Assembly: GCA_963827475.1 (NCBI GenBank)
Contig: CAWHAZ010000005.1
Location: 512,001 to 576,000 of the forward strand
Direction: 5' to 3'
Length of the DNA: 64,000 bases
DNA from: an uncultured Chloroflexia bacterium
GTDB taxonomy: Bacteria; Chloroflexota; Limnocylindria; QHBO01
Shown here: piece after piece, positions 1 to 9,954 of the stretch
Position numbering within the stretch: the first letter of the stretch is position 1
How the letters are laid out: every line of letters starts with the position of its first letter
Made by a program: the position numbers and the translations under genes
Notes under the pieces: model-generated
Told to the model about the DNA's origin: nothing
What the model saw: only the letters and a program-made list of their open reading frames with translations
Databases searched by the model: none

Positions 1-1
1 C

Positions 2-151
2 GGGGAGCGACTGGTGGTCACCGTCGGCCTGCGGGACGTGATCATCGTGGACACCCCCGACGCGCTCCTCGTCTGCGCCCGCGACCGGGCGGAGGAGATC
101 AAGCCCATCCTCGACGAGATCGGGGAGGCGACCGGCGACCGCTACCTCTAG
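2..151 (+). CDS. manC: Mannose-1-phosphate guanylyltransferase, C-terminal fragment (5' part outside window)
   Basis: Frame 2 reads GERLVVTVGLRDVIIVDTPDALLVCARDRAEEIKPIL...YL*, the typical ManC C-terminus. PMM and PMI genes follow. Confidence 0.8.
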   Translation, partial: GERLVVTVGLRDVIIVDTPDALLVCARDRAEEIKPILDEIGEATGDRYL

Positions 152-194
152 GGCTCGTCTCTGGGGCCGGCTCCTGGCGGCGTACCTGCGCCTC

Positions 195-782
195 GTGGCG
201 CGCACGGCGCGCATCGGTCCGGTCACCCGTGACGCGGTGGTCCTCGCCTTCTGGCACGAGTACAACCTGGGCCTGTATGTCATGGCCGCCGCTCGACGGG
301 GCGACCTGCCGCACGCCTCGTTCACGACCGACACGCCACGGGGGACGGTGATCGCGACGATCTTCGAACGCCTGGCCCGCTCTCCGGGCCAGGTCGAGAT
401 CCTCCGGCTCCCGGCCGAGCAGGATCGCGAGGCGGCACGCGCCCTCGCCCGCCGGCTGGGTGACCTGGGTCGCACCGGCTTTTCGCTGGTGGTCACGCCC
501 GACGGGCCGTGGGGGCCGTACCGGGTCGCGAAGCCCGGCGTGCTCATCGTCGCTCGCCAGTCCGGCCTGCCGGTCCTTCCGGTGGCCGTCCACGCCCGCC
601 CCGCGCTCCGACTCACTGGTCGATGGGACCGGCAGCTGCTGCCGCTGCCATTCTCCCGGCTGACCCTCGTGGCCGGAGACCCGATCGCGGTGGCCGCCGA
701 TCGCCCGCTTCGTCCGCTCGTCGCCGTCGTGCAGGCAGCCCTCGAGGAGGTGACGAGCACCGCCGACGGGCGGCTACCATAA
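195..782 (+). CDS. DUF374 / lysophospholipid acyltransferase family protein (true start may lie further upstream)
   Basis: AFWH and TPDGPWGP motifs; C-terminal RWDRQLLPLPFSR typical of DUF374. Confidence 0.75.
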   Translation: MARTARIGPVTRDAVVLAFWHEYNLGLYVMAAARRGDLPHASFTTDTPRGTVIATIFERLARSPGQVEILRLPAEQDREAARALARRLGDLGRTGFSLVVTPDGPWGPYRVAKPGVLIVARQSGLPVLPVAVHARPALRLTGRWDRQLLPLPFSRLTLVAGDPIAVAADRPLRPLVAVVQAALEEVTSTADGRLP

Positions 783-790
783 GCCTGCCC

Positions 791-2249
791 GTGACCACGA
801 TTCGCTTCGGGACGGATGGCTGGCGTGCGGCCATCGCCGAGGAATTCACGTTCCACAACGTTCGCCGCTGTGCCCGCGGGGTGGCCGACTACCTCACCGA
901 GCTGGGAACCGCCGACCGGGCGGTGGTCGTTGCCCATGACCGGCGTTTCGCCTCGGAGCACTTCGCGCGGGCCTGCGTCGAGGTCCTCGCCGCGCACGGC
1001 ATCCGCAGCCTCATCCCGCCAGGGTCGGTCCCGACCCAGGTCGTGTCCTTCTTCACCCGCGAGCTGGGAGCCGGGGCCGGCATCGTGATCACGGCGAGCC
1101 ATAATCCGTGGACCGACAACGGCTTCAAGGTCAAGGCCGATACCGGCGGCGCGGCTGACCCGGCCATGCTGGCGGCGATCGAGGCCACCATGGATCGGTA
1201 CCCCGAAGACGAGCTCCCGCCCCGCCGGGACTACGACGACGCGGTGGCGGCGGGGCTGGTGGAGACGTTCGACCCGTACCCGCGCTTCCGCGACCAGCTG
1301 GCGTCGATCGTCGATCTCGAGCGCATCCGAGCCTCCAGCGGCAAGGTCCTGGTGGAGCCGATGTGGGGCTCGGGCGCCGGCTGGTTCAGCCGCCTCCTCG
1401 ATGGCGGCAGCCTGACCATCCGCGAGCTCCACACCGAACGGAACCCGTTCTTCGGTGGGGTCAACCCCGAGCCGATCCGCCCCAACATCGACGAGTGGCT
1501 CGAGGAGATCCCGCGCTGGGGCGCGGACATCGGTATCGCGTTCGACGGCGACGCCGACCGGGTGGGGATGGCGACCGAGGAGGGGGTGTTCGTCAACCAG
1601 CTGCAGGTCTACGGCCTGCTGTACTGGTACCTGCTCGAGGTGCGGGGCCAGATCGGTCCGGCGGTCTACACCGTGACGACCACGTCCATGGCCCAGCGCC
1701 TTGCCGAGCGATACGGCACCGTGGCCCACGAGACCGGGGTGGGATTCAAGTTCGTCGGGCCGAAGATGGCCGAGACGCGGGCGGTGATCGGGGGCGAGGA
1801 GTCGGGCGGGTTCGGGTTCGGGATGCACATTCCCGAACGGGACGGGCTGGCGGCGGGGCTGTTCCTGCTCGACCTGTGGCTGTCCCGCGGCCGCCGCGCG
1901 TCCGAGGTCCTCGCCGAGCTGCAGGCCATTGCCGGGCCGTCGTACTACAACCGGATCGACGTCCGGTTCAGCCGCGAGGAATATCCGGCCATCAAGCGCG
2001 ATACGCTGGCCCGCCTCCAGGACGAGGCGCCGACCGAGCTCGGCGGGGCGGCGGTCGTCCGCCGCCAGGCCCTCGACACCGGGGACGGCTTCAAGTTCTA
2101 CCGCGACGACGAGTCGTGGCTCCTCATCCGCTTCAGCGGCACGGAGGCCCTGCTCCGCATCTACGTCGAGGCCCGCTCAGCCGGGGGACGTAGAGAGCCT
2201 GCTGGAGGAAGGTCGCCGGATCGCGACCGCGGCCGCCGCACCGGCATGA
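791..2249 (+). CDS. Phosphoglucomutase/phosphomannomutase (frameshift near 2185)
   Basis: GTG start, IRFGTDGWR, ITASHNP, DGDADR, GEESGG, RFSGTE. After the G run at about 2183-2187 the natural end (GDVESLLEEGRRIATAAAAPA*) continues in another frame. Confidence 0.92.
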
Positions 2250-2268
2250 GTCCCCACGTCAGCGCCTG

Positions 2269-3441
2269 ATGACGGACGCCCGCGACTTCTTCGGCTACAA
2301 GCATCCCGACGAGGAGCCCGGCCGCCGACCCGAAGGCGACGAGGGACCCGACTCCGACGCACCGCCCCCGTTCGACGAGGCCATCACCCTCGACGGGCCG
2401 GCCTTCGTGGCCCGCATCGATCGGGACGACATGCTCGGCCGCGTTCGCGCTCTGCCGCGTCAGCTCGCCGGCGCGCGGCAGGCGGCAACGGGGCTGGCCC
2501 TCACCGACCGCCATCGGGACGTGGACGTGGTGGTTCTGCTCGGGATGGGCGGATCGGCGATCGGGGGCGACCTGGTGGCCGCCGCCGCCGGGGAGCGGCT
2601 GCGGGTCCCACTGCTCATCCAGCGCGACTACCACCTTCCCTCCGGCCTGGGCGAGCGGACCCTGGTCGTGGCCGCATCGCACTCGGGGGAGACGATCGAG
2701 ACGGTGACCGCCGCCGCGGAGGCTCGGGCCCGGAACCTGCCGCTGGTCGTCGTCGCCACCGGCGGCCAGCTGGGGCGCCAGGCGGAGGCCGACGGAACGC
2801 CATGGCTCCGCTACGAGCAGCCCGGTCAGCCTCGGGCCGCGCTCGGATGGTCGGTCGGACTCCTGCATGAGCTGCTCGGCGCGGCCGGCCTGCTGGCCGA
2901 CCCGGACCCGCTCGGGCCAGTGGTCGCCATCCTCGACGAGGTCATGGAGCGCCTCGGCCCCACCGTCGACACCGACGCCAACCCCGCCAAGCAGCTGGCG
3001 TGGAGCATCCTCGGCCGGATCCCGGTCGTCTATGGGGCCGACCTGATGGCGCCGGTCGCACGACGGTGGAAGACCCAGTTCAACGAGAACGCGAAGTCAT
3101 GGGCGTCGTACGAGGCGATGCCCGAGGCCAACCACAACGCGATCGAAGGCTCGCTCAACCCCCGTGAGCTGGCCGACGCCCCGTTCGTGATCGAGGTCCG
3201 CGACCCGACCGAGTCGGAGGACATCACCGCGCGCTATCGGGTCGTGGAGGAGCTGCTCGGGGAGCGAGCCACCAATCGGGCCACGGTCTGGGCTGAAGGC
3301 CCCTCGCCGCTGGCCCGCGTGATGTCGGCGGTGGCCTGGGGCGACCTGGTGAGCGTGTACCTGGCGATCCTCTACCAGACCGACCCCACCCCGGTTACAC
3401 TGCTGGCAATGCTGAAAGAGCGGCTCGCCAGGTCAGACTGA
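2269..3441 (+). CDS. Bifunctional phosphoglucose/phosphomannose isomerase (SIS domain)
   Basis: GMGGSAIGG, SHSGETIET, QPRAALG, RWKTQFNENAK, PEANHN, DPTPV motifs. Confidence 0.92.
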   Translation: MTDARDFFGYKHPDEEPGRRPEGDEGPDSDAPPPFDEAITLDGPAFVARIDRDDMLGRVRALPRQLAGARQAATGLALTDRHRDVDVVVLLGMGGSAIGGDLVAAAAGERLRVPLLIQRDYHLPSGLGERTLVVAASHSGETIETVTAAAEARARNLPLVVVATGGQLGRQAEADGTPWLRYEQPGQPRAALGWSVGLLHELLGAAGLLADPDPLGPVVAILDEVMERLGPTVDTDANPAKQLAWSILGRIPVVYGADLMAPVARRWKTQFNENAKSWASYEAMPEANHNAIEGSLNPRELADAPFVIEVRDPTESEDITARYRVVEELLGERATNRATVWAEGPSPLARVMSAVAWGDLVSVYLAILYQTDPTPVTLLAMLKERLARSD

Positions 3442-3487
3442 CGGGCGCCTGAACAGGGCGCCCTGGGCGCCTGGAGGAGTAGCAATC

Positions 3488-3769
3488 GTGCATTCGGGCA
3501 TGATCGGCAAGGTGGAGAAGGCGATGCGCTACGCCCACGAGCCCGATCGAGTGACGATCAATCGGCTCGGGGCGACCTTCGCCGGCGACAACGGGTCCCA
3601 CCAGGTCTCTCTCGACGGCGAGCGCTGGCACTGTGACTGCCACCTCTTCGAGCAGGCCGGCGGCTGCACCCACACCCTCGCCATCCAGAAGATGCTCGAC
3701 CCCATGCTGTCCGATACCGCCCGCGAGACCCCCCTCTACGGTCACGTCGAGGTAGGCGCCGGGGTGTAG
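3488..3769 (+). CDS. Small SWIM-type zinc finger protein
   Basis: CDC...CTH motif (C-x-C-x8-C-x-H); GGAGGAG RBS upstream. Confidence 0.75.
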   Translation: MHSGMIGKVEKAMRYAHEPDRVTINRLGATFAGDNGSHQVSLDGERWHCDCHLFEQAGGCTHTLAIQKMLDPMLSDTARETPLYGHVEVGAGV

Positions 3770-3791
3770 CATCGCCCGACAACCGAAGACC

Positions 3792-3946
3792 GCGTGGGGT
3801 GCCGCCGCCGAAAGGCCGGCGGATAAATGGCGAAGCCGGTGCAAGGCCGGCGCTGTCCCGCAACTGTGAACCGGGCCCAGGCCCGGAAGCCAGGTCGCCC
3901 AGCCAGCACGCGATGTCTCCACCCTCGTGAGAAAGGGCAGGACATC
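3792..3946 (+). ncRNA. Cobalamin riboswitch
   Basis: GAAGCCGGTGCAAGGCCGGCGCTGTCCCGCAACTGTGA...AAGCCAGG core, directly upstream of a B12-type ABC operon. GGGCAG near the RBS can pair with CTGTCC (kissing loop). Confidence 0.9.
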
Positions 3947-3948
3947 AC

Positions 3949-4923
3949 ATGTCGGCATCCCGTTTCCGGTTCCTCGTTCCATTCCTCCTGGTCCTGGCCG
4001 CTGCGTGCCAACCATCGGCCAGCGCGAGTCCCTCTGACAGCGCCGCGCCCAGCATCGCGGCGAGCCCGTCGACCGTCGCCGAGGTCACCTACCCCCAGAC
4101 CCTGACCGATGACGCCGACCGTGAGGTCGAGCTCGCGGCCGAGCCCGAGCGGATCGTCAGCCTCGCCCCGTCGAACACGGAGATCGTGTGTGCCCTCGAC
4201 GCCTGCGACCGGCTGGTCGGCGTGACCGACTTCGACGACTACCCGGCCGACGTCGCCGACGTCGCCGACGTCGTCATCGGTCCCGTGGTCGACGTCGAGC
4301 TGGTGGTCGCCGCCGATCCGGACCTGATCCTGGCCGCCGGCAACGAGCTGACCCCGAGCGCGGTCATCACCGAGCTGGCCGACCTCGGCTACCCGGTGAT
4401 CGTCCTGTATCCCGAAACCCTCCACGAGGTCACCCACAACATCGAGCTCGTCGGTCAGGCCATCAACGCGGCGGAGGAGGCCGATGCGGTCGTCGCCGAC
4501 ATGGAGGCGCGAATCGAAGCGGTCGAGGAGGCCGTGGCGGACGCGCCAACCCCGCGGACGTTCTACGAGGTTGGCCTGTTCGAGGGTGCGATCTACACCG
4601 CGGGCGAGGACTCGTTCCTCGCCGACCTGCTGACCACGGCGGGCGCGGATCCCATCGTCGGCGATCCGCTCACGACGGCCATCGCCCTCGAGGATCTCGT
4701 CGTCGCCGATCCCGAGCTCATCCTGCTCGGCGACGCCGCGTACGACCCATCGATCACGCCCGAGTCGGTGGCCGCGCGCCCCGGCTGGGGGGAGATGACC
4801 GCGGTCTCGAGCGGTGCGATCCAGGTGGTTGAAGAGGACCCGGTCATCACCCGACCGGGTCCACGGATCGTGGACGGCCTCGAGGCGCTCGCCCGCGCCA
4901 TCCATCCCGACCGCTTCGACTGA
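3949..4923 (+). CDS. btuF: Cobalamin ABC transporter substrate-binding lipoprotein
   Basis: Lipobox LAAAC, PERIVSLAPSNTEI, RPGPRIVDGLE; riboswitch upstream. Confidence 0.88.
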   Translation: MSASRFRFLVPFLLVLAAACQPSASASPSDSAAPSIAASPSTVAEVTYPQTLTDDADREVELAAEPERIVSLAPSNTEIVCALDACDRLVGVTDFDDYPADVADVADVVIGPVVDVELVVAADPDLILAAGNELTPSAVITELADLGYPVIVLYPETLHEVTHNIELVGQAINAAEEADAVVADMEARIEAVEEAVADAPTPRTFYEVGLFEGAIYTAGEDSFLADLLTTAGADPIVGDPLTTAIALEDLVVADPELILLGDAAYDPSITPESVAARPGWGEMTAVSSGAIQVVEEDPVITRPGPRIVDGLEALARAIHPDRFD

Positions 4924-4928
4924 CGGTC

Positions 4929-6020
4929 GTGCGCGCGACGGCAGCCGTCCGCCCCCTGGTTGGAGGACCGAGCGTCGGCCATGCCACGCTCGTGATCGGG
5001 GCCGGGATCGGACTGGTGGTCATCGCCGTTCTCGCGGCGGTCGCGGTCGGCAGCGTGGACGTCGGCCTGTCGGAGACGATCGGGATCATCGCCCAGCGGC
5101 TCGGCTTCCCGGTGGTGGAAGACTGGGCCTCCACCGCTCCGACGATCCTGTTCGAGGTCCGCCTGCCGCGGGTGCTGGCCGGGGTGCTCGTCGGCGCCGG
5201 CCTCGGCTGCGCCGGCGTCGTCTTCCAGGCGCTGCTCCGCAACCCGATGGCCGATCCGTACGTCATCGGGGCCGCAGCCGGCGCCTCGTTGGGGGCCGTG
5301 CTCGCGATCACCGCGCCGATCGTCCTGCCGTTCCTCGCGGTTGGTGCCGGCACGGCCTGGCTGGGCATCGGCCTGGCCCAGGTCCTGGCCTTCCTCGGCG
5401 GACTGGGCGCGGTGGCGCTCGTGCTCGCCGTCGCCCGACAGGACGGGAGGTCGAGCATGGTCACCCTCCTCCTCACCGGGTACGCCGTGTCCTCCCTCAT
5501 TGCCGCCGGCGTGGCCCTGCTGCTGGTCAGCTCGGGCCGCGCCATCGCGTCGGTGGTCGGGTGGCTGCTCGGGTCGCTGGGCGGGACCGGGTACCCGGAG
5601 CTGGCGGTCGCCGCACCGCTCGTCCTCGGCGGATCCGCGCTGCTCCTCCTGCGCTGGCGGACGCTGAACCTACTACTCCTCGGCGACGAGGCGGCCGCCG
5701 GGCTGGGCGTCGATCTCGTGACCGCCCGGCGCGGCCTCGTCCTGCTGGCCACGGTCGTGACCTCCGCCGCGGTGGCGCTGGCCGGGACGATCGGCTTCGT
5801 CGGGCTGGTCGTGCCGCACCTCGTGCGGCTGGCGATCGGTCCCGACCACCGGCTCCTGCTGCCGATGAGCTGCCTGGGTGGCGCCGCCCTGCTGGTGACC
5901 GCCGACCTCGCCGCGCGGGTGGTCGGTGGCGTTCCCGTCGGAGTCGTGACCGCGCTCATCGGTGCCCCGTTCTTCCTCTGGCTGCTGCACCGTTCGGCGA
6001 CGGCCGTGACGACCCCATGA
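4929..6020 (+). CDS. btuC: Cobalamin ABC transporter permease (FecCD family)
   Basis: RLPRVL, FQALLRNPMADPY, GTIGFVGLVVPH, GAPFF motifs. Confidence 0.88.
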   Translation: MRATAAVRPLVGGPSVGHATLVIGAGIGLVVIAVLAAVAVGSVDVGLSETIGIIAQRLGFPVVEDWASTAPTILFEVRLPRVLAGVLVGAGLGCAGVVFQALLRNPMADPYVIGAAAGASLGAVLAITAPIVLPFLAVGAGTAWLGIGLAQVLAFLGGLGAVALVLAVARQDGRSSMVTLLLTGYAVSSLIAAGVALLLVSSGRAIASVVGWLLGSLGGTGYPELAVAAPLVLGGSALLLLRWRTLNLLLLGDEAAAGLGVDLVTARRGLVLLATVVTSAAVALAGTIGFVGLVVPHLVRLAIGPDHRLLLPMSCLGGAALLVTADLAARVVGGVPVGVVTALIGAPFFLWLLHRSATAVTTP

Positions 6021-6835
6021 CCGGCCGCCCACCGACCGAGCGACCAGTGGGGCCCCTGCTGGAGCTCGACGACGTCACGTTCGGCTACCGGCGCCGCGGC
6101 CGTCCGGACCGCGAGGTGCTCCGCGGGGTCAGCCTCGCCATCTCGCCGGGGGAGATGGTGGCCCTCCTCGGCCCGAACGGCAGTGGCAAGACCACCCTGC
6201 TCCGGCTTGCCGTCGGGACGGTGCCGCCGCGCTCCGGCCGCGTGGCCCTCGACGGCCGCCCGGTGGGGGCGTGGACCCGCCGAGAGGTGGCCCAACGGGT
6301 CGCCATCCTGCCCCAGCTGCCCTCGCTGCCGGACGGGTTCCGCGTCGAGGAGCTGGTCGAGATGGGCCGTGCCCCGCATGCCCGCTCGCGGTTCGGCGCC
6401 GGCCCGGAGGACGCGGCCGCCGTCGAGCGAGCGCTGGTCGACGCCGACGCGCGAGATCTCGTCGGCCGCCGCATCGACGAGCTGTCCGGCGGGGAGCGCC
6501 AGCGGGTGCTGGTGGCCATGGTCCTCGCCCAGGAGCCGCGCCTGCTGCTGCTCGACGAGCCGACGCAGCATCTCGACCTCGCGCACCAGGTCGCGCTGCT
6601 GAGCGCCCTCGACCGGCTTCGTCGGACGCGCGGACTGGCCGTGCTCGCGGTCCTCCACGACCCGGCCATCACCGCGCTCTCCGTCCCGCGAGCCATCCTG
6701 CTCAGCGAGGGACGTGTCGTGGCCGACGGCCCGGCGGCCGACGTGCTCCGTCCGGCGACCGTGGCCGCGGTGTTCGGGATCTCGCTGCCTACCGCCGTCG
6801 CGCTGAGCACCGGGAGAACTGCGCCGCCCGGCTAG
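6017..6835 (+). CDS. btuD: Cobalamin ABC transporter ATP-binding protein
   Basis: ATGA overlap with permease stop; GPNGSGKT, LSGGERQR, LLLDEPT. Confidence 0.88.
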   Translation: MTGRPPTERPVGPLLELDDVTFGYRRRGRPDREVLRGVSLAISPGEMVALLGPNGSGKTTLLRLAVGTVPPRSGRVALDGRPVGAWTRREVAQRVAILPQLPSLPDGFRVEELVEMGRAPHARSRFGAGPEDAAAVERALVDADARDLVGRRIDELSGGERQRVLVAMVLAQEPRLLLLDEPTQHLDLAHQVALLSALDRLRRTRGLAVLAVLHDPAITALSVPRAILLSEGRVVADGPAADVLRPATVAAVFGISLPTAVALSTGRTAPPG

Positions 6836-8056
6836 CTCCCGGCTTGGCCAGGGCTCGTCCCAGCCTCCGCTTCCGCGTCAGCTTCCGCGACCGCTTCCTC
6901 TACCTCGTCGGCCTTTGCCACTTCGTGCCGATGCTCGGCCTCCGCCAGGTCGGCCAGGGCCGCCTCTTCGGGGCTGTAGATGTCCATCCAGTGGTTCACC
7001 AGGATCACGATGACGGCCAGGATCGGCACCCCGAACAGGGCGCCCCACAGGCCGGCCAGCTGGACGCCGACCAGCAGGCCGAGGAACAGGAGGATGGGGT
7101 GCAGGCCCAGCTGCTCCTGCATCATCTTCGGCTGAATGGCGTTGACCAGGACGCCCTGGACCACGACCAGCACGGCGGCGGCGACGAGTGCCACGAGCCA
7201 GTTTTCGCTGGTCAGGAACGCGATGAAGATCGGGGGAATGAGGGCCAGCGGCGGACCGATCATCGGGATGAACATCAGCAGCCCGGACACGACCGCGGTC
7301 ACGAAGATGTACTCCATCCCGCCCAGGGCGCGGGCCGCGAAGCCGACGATCATGACCAGCGCGAACATGATCAGGGCCAGCACCGTCTGGGCCCGCAGGA
7401 ACCCGCCGAACGAGCGGGCCACGCCCTCCTGGAACAGGATCGACTGGTCGCGGAAGCGGCTCGGCACCAGGCGGCTGAGCCAGACCATGATCCGGTGGCT
7501 GTCGAGCACCATGAACAGTGCCAGCAGGACGACCAGGAACAGGGTGCCGATGACCCCGAACGCGCCGCTGGCAATCGCCCCGGCCGATCCCGCCAGCTCG
7601 CCGCCGAGCTGCCCGATCTGGTCGGCGAGCTGATCGAACAGGATCGCGACGTCGGGGTCCTGGATCCCGATCGCGTCCTGGATCTCCTCGATCTGGGCCA
7701 CGATCAGGTCCTGCCGGGACGGCCAGCTGGCGATGAAGTCGGCGAGGTCGGCGACCATGACGGCCGCGATGACGAGCAGGAAGGCGCCCAGGCCGATGAG
7801 GGTGAGCCCGAACGCAGCCCCAACCGCTGACGCCGCGACCGACGCGCAGCGAGCGCTGGATGCGATGGACGAGCGGCGAGATCAGGAACGCGAGGAGCCA
7901 GGCCAGGAAGACGGCGGTGATGATCGAGCCGAACTGGACGAGGAAGTCCAGGATCAGCCCCATCGCGAGGAGGCCGAAGTAGATCGTGCCGGTGACGAGG
8001 AACAGGGCGAGGAGGCGCCGCTCCCGGACCCACGCCCCCTGGAACAGCTCGATCAT
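6832..8056 (-). CDS. AI-2E family transporter (frameshift near 7829)
   Basis: N-terminal half in ORF 6878..8056 (FLAWLLAFLISPLV). C-terminal half in ORF 6832..7758 (FIPMIGP, IQPKMM, LHPI, GLWGALFGVP). Confidence 0.85.
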
Positions 8057-9069
8057 GAAATTCGCACTCCCGGCCTGCCGGTTCCCACCGCCTCCAGGAC
8101 CTCGGCCCGTGTCGCTTCCAGGATGGGCCTGACCTTCGCGGCTCCGGCCGAGAGTACCGCCTCGACCACGTCGGGGTCGGCGGCGAGGGCCGCCCGCTTC
8201 TCGCGCATCGGTCGGAAGAACTCGATCATCCGTTCCGCCAGCAGCTGTTTGGTGTCGACGCAGCCCGTGCGTGCCGTCCGCTCACCGTCCTGGATCTGGA
8301 GATAGTCCCCGCCGAAGTACCGATGCAGCTGGCACACGTTGCAGACCTCCGGTCGTCCCGGATCGGTGCGCTTGATGCGTTGGGGGTCGGTCACCATGTT
8401 CATCACGATGCGCCGTATCTCGTCGGGTTCGGCGAAGATCGGGATCGTGTTGTTCGCGGACTTGCCCATCTTCTTCACCCCGTCGGTGCCGAGCACCACC
8501 GGGGCATCGGTGAAGACCGCCGTCGGCTCGGGGAAGATCGGTCCGTATCGGTTGTTGAAGGCCCGCACGATCTCCCGCGACAGCTCGAGGTGGGGAGCCT
8601 GGTCTTTGCCGACCGGCACCTTGCTCGCTTTGTAGATGACGATGTCGGCCGCCTGGAGCACGGGGTAGCTCAGGAGGCCGTTGCTGTTGTCCTTCCCGTC
8701 GGCCAGGCCCTCCTTGTACGTCGGGTTTCGCTCGAGCCAGCTCACCGGCACCACCGTGCTGAAGATCCAGCACAGCTCGGCGACCTCCGGGAAGTCGGAT
8801 TGGCGGATGAGGGCGCATCGATCCGGATCGAGGCCGACGGCGAGCAGGTCGAGAACCATCTCGTGCGTCAGGCGCCGCAGCTCGTCCCCGTCATGGACCG
8901 TGGTCAGGGCGTGGTAGTCGACGATCCCGTAGATCGTCTCGTACTCGTCCTGGAGGGCAACGTAGTTCCGCTGCGCGCCGAGGTAGTTGCCGAGGTGGCT
9001 GGCGCCGCTGGGCTGGATGCCGGAGAACACCCGCTCCCGGCCGGCTGGCAATCGTGCGGCGTCGGACAT
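8053..9069 (-). CDS. trpS: Tryptophan--tRNA ligase
   Basis: FSGIQPSG..HLGNY, YPVLQAADI, VPVGKDQ, KMGKS; start taken at MSDAARL. Confidence 0.95.
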   Translation of the reverse strand: MSDAARLPAGRERVFSGIQPSGASHLGNYLGAQRNYVALQDEYETIYGIVDYHALTTVHDGDELRRLTHEMVLDLLAVGLDPDRCALIRQSDFPEVAELCWIFSTVVPVSWLERNPTYKEGLADGKDNSNGLLSYPVLQAADIVIYKASKVPVGKDQAPHLELSREIVRAFNNRYGPIFPEPTAVFTDAPVVLGTDGVKKMGKSANNTIPIFAEPDEIRRIVMNMVTDPQRIKRTDPGRPEVCNVCQLHRYFGGDYLQIQDGERTARTGCVDTKQLLAERMIEFFRPMREKRAALAADPDVVEAVLSAGAAKVRPILEATRAEVLEAVGTGRPGVRIS

Positions 9070-9123
9070 CGTCCGACCGAGTGTACCGGACCCGATTTCG
9101 GTGGCTGCTAGAATCGCCCACTC

Positions 9124-9954
9124 GTGTCCGATCCACGCCAGACCGGCTCCGAGCCGCCTTCCGCATGGGCAGCCGCGGCGCGCTCTGGGCGCCGCGTGGG
9201 AAACCGGGTCGAGTTCCATGCCGAGATCGGGTCCACCAACGATCGAGCTCGCGCCGCGCTGGCCGAGGGCGCGGAGGACGGCCTGGCCGTCGTGGCGGAC
9301 CGCCAGCTGGCCGGTCGCGGACGGATGGGTCGGACATGGCTGTCACCGGCCGGCGTCAACCTCCTGGTCAGCGTGGGTATCCGCCTCGATCTTCCCGTCG
9401 AGCGGGCGTGGTGGCTCGCGGCCGGCGCCGCGCTCGCCCTGCGCTCCGCGGCGCAGGACGCGGTCGGGCCCGCTGCCGCGCTCTCGGTTCGCTGGCCGAA
9501 CGACCTGGTCACGGCCGACGGACTGAAGGTGGCCGGCCAGCTGATCGAAACCGAGATCGAGGCCGCGCGGGTCGCCTGGTCGGTGATCGGGATGGGGCTC
9601 AACGTGAACTGGCCGCGGGCTGACATGCCGTCGGACATCGCGTCGGGCGCCACCTCGCTGGTGGACCTCGCGGCCGGCGCCATCGACCGCGTGGCGCTCC
9701 TCGGCGACCTGCTCGCGGCGCTGGACAGGGAGATCACCGAGATCGAAGCTGGGATCTCGCCCCATGTCCGCTTCCAGTCCGCTTCGTGGCTCACGGGGCG
9801 CGAGATCGAGGTCGAGACGCCCGCGGGTCGCCTGGCCGGGGTGGCGGGCGCCATCGCCGACAACGGCGGGCTCGTGCTCGACGGCCCGACGGTCCACACC
9901 ACGGTCACCGTGGGCGAGGTGATCCGCGTGCGCGCGGCGGCGATGGCCGGATGA
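9124..9954 (+). CDS. birA: Biotin--[acetyl-CoA-carboxylase] ligase
   Basis: GSTND, QLAGRGRMGRTW, RWPND, KVAGQLIE, IGMGLNV. Confidence 0.9.
   Translation: MSDPRQTGSEPPSAWAAAARSGRRVGNRVEFHAEIGSTNDRARAALAEGAEDGLAVVADRQLAGRGRMGRTWLSPAGVNLLVSVGIRLDLPVERAWWLAAGAALALRSAAQDAVGPAAALSVRWPNDLVTADGLKVAGQLIETEIEAARVAWSVIGMGLNVNWPRADMPSDIASGATSLVDLAAGAIDRVALLGDLLAALDREITEIEAGISPHVRFQSASWLTGREIEVETPAGRLAGVAGAIADNGGLVLDGPTVHTTVTVGEVIRVRAAAMAG

Noticed and set aside
3442-3474. Three GGGCGCC copies between PGI/PMI and the SWIM gene
   Set aside because: Too short and GC-rich to distinguish from a simple hairpin or chance.
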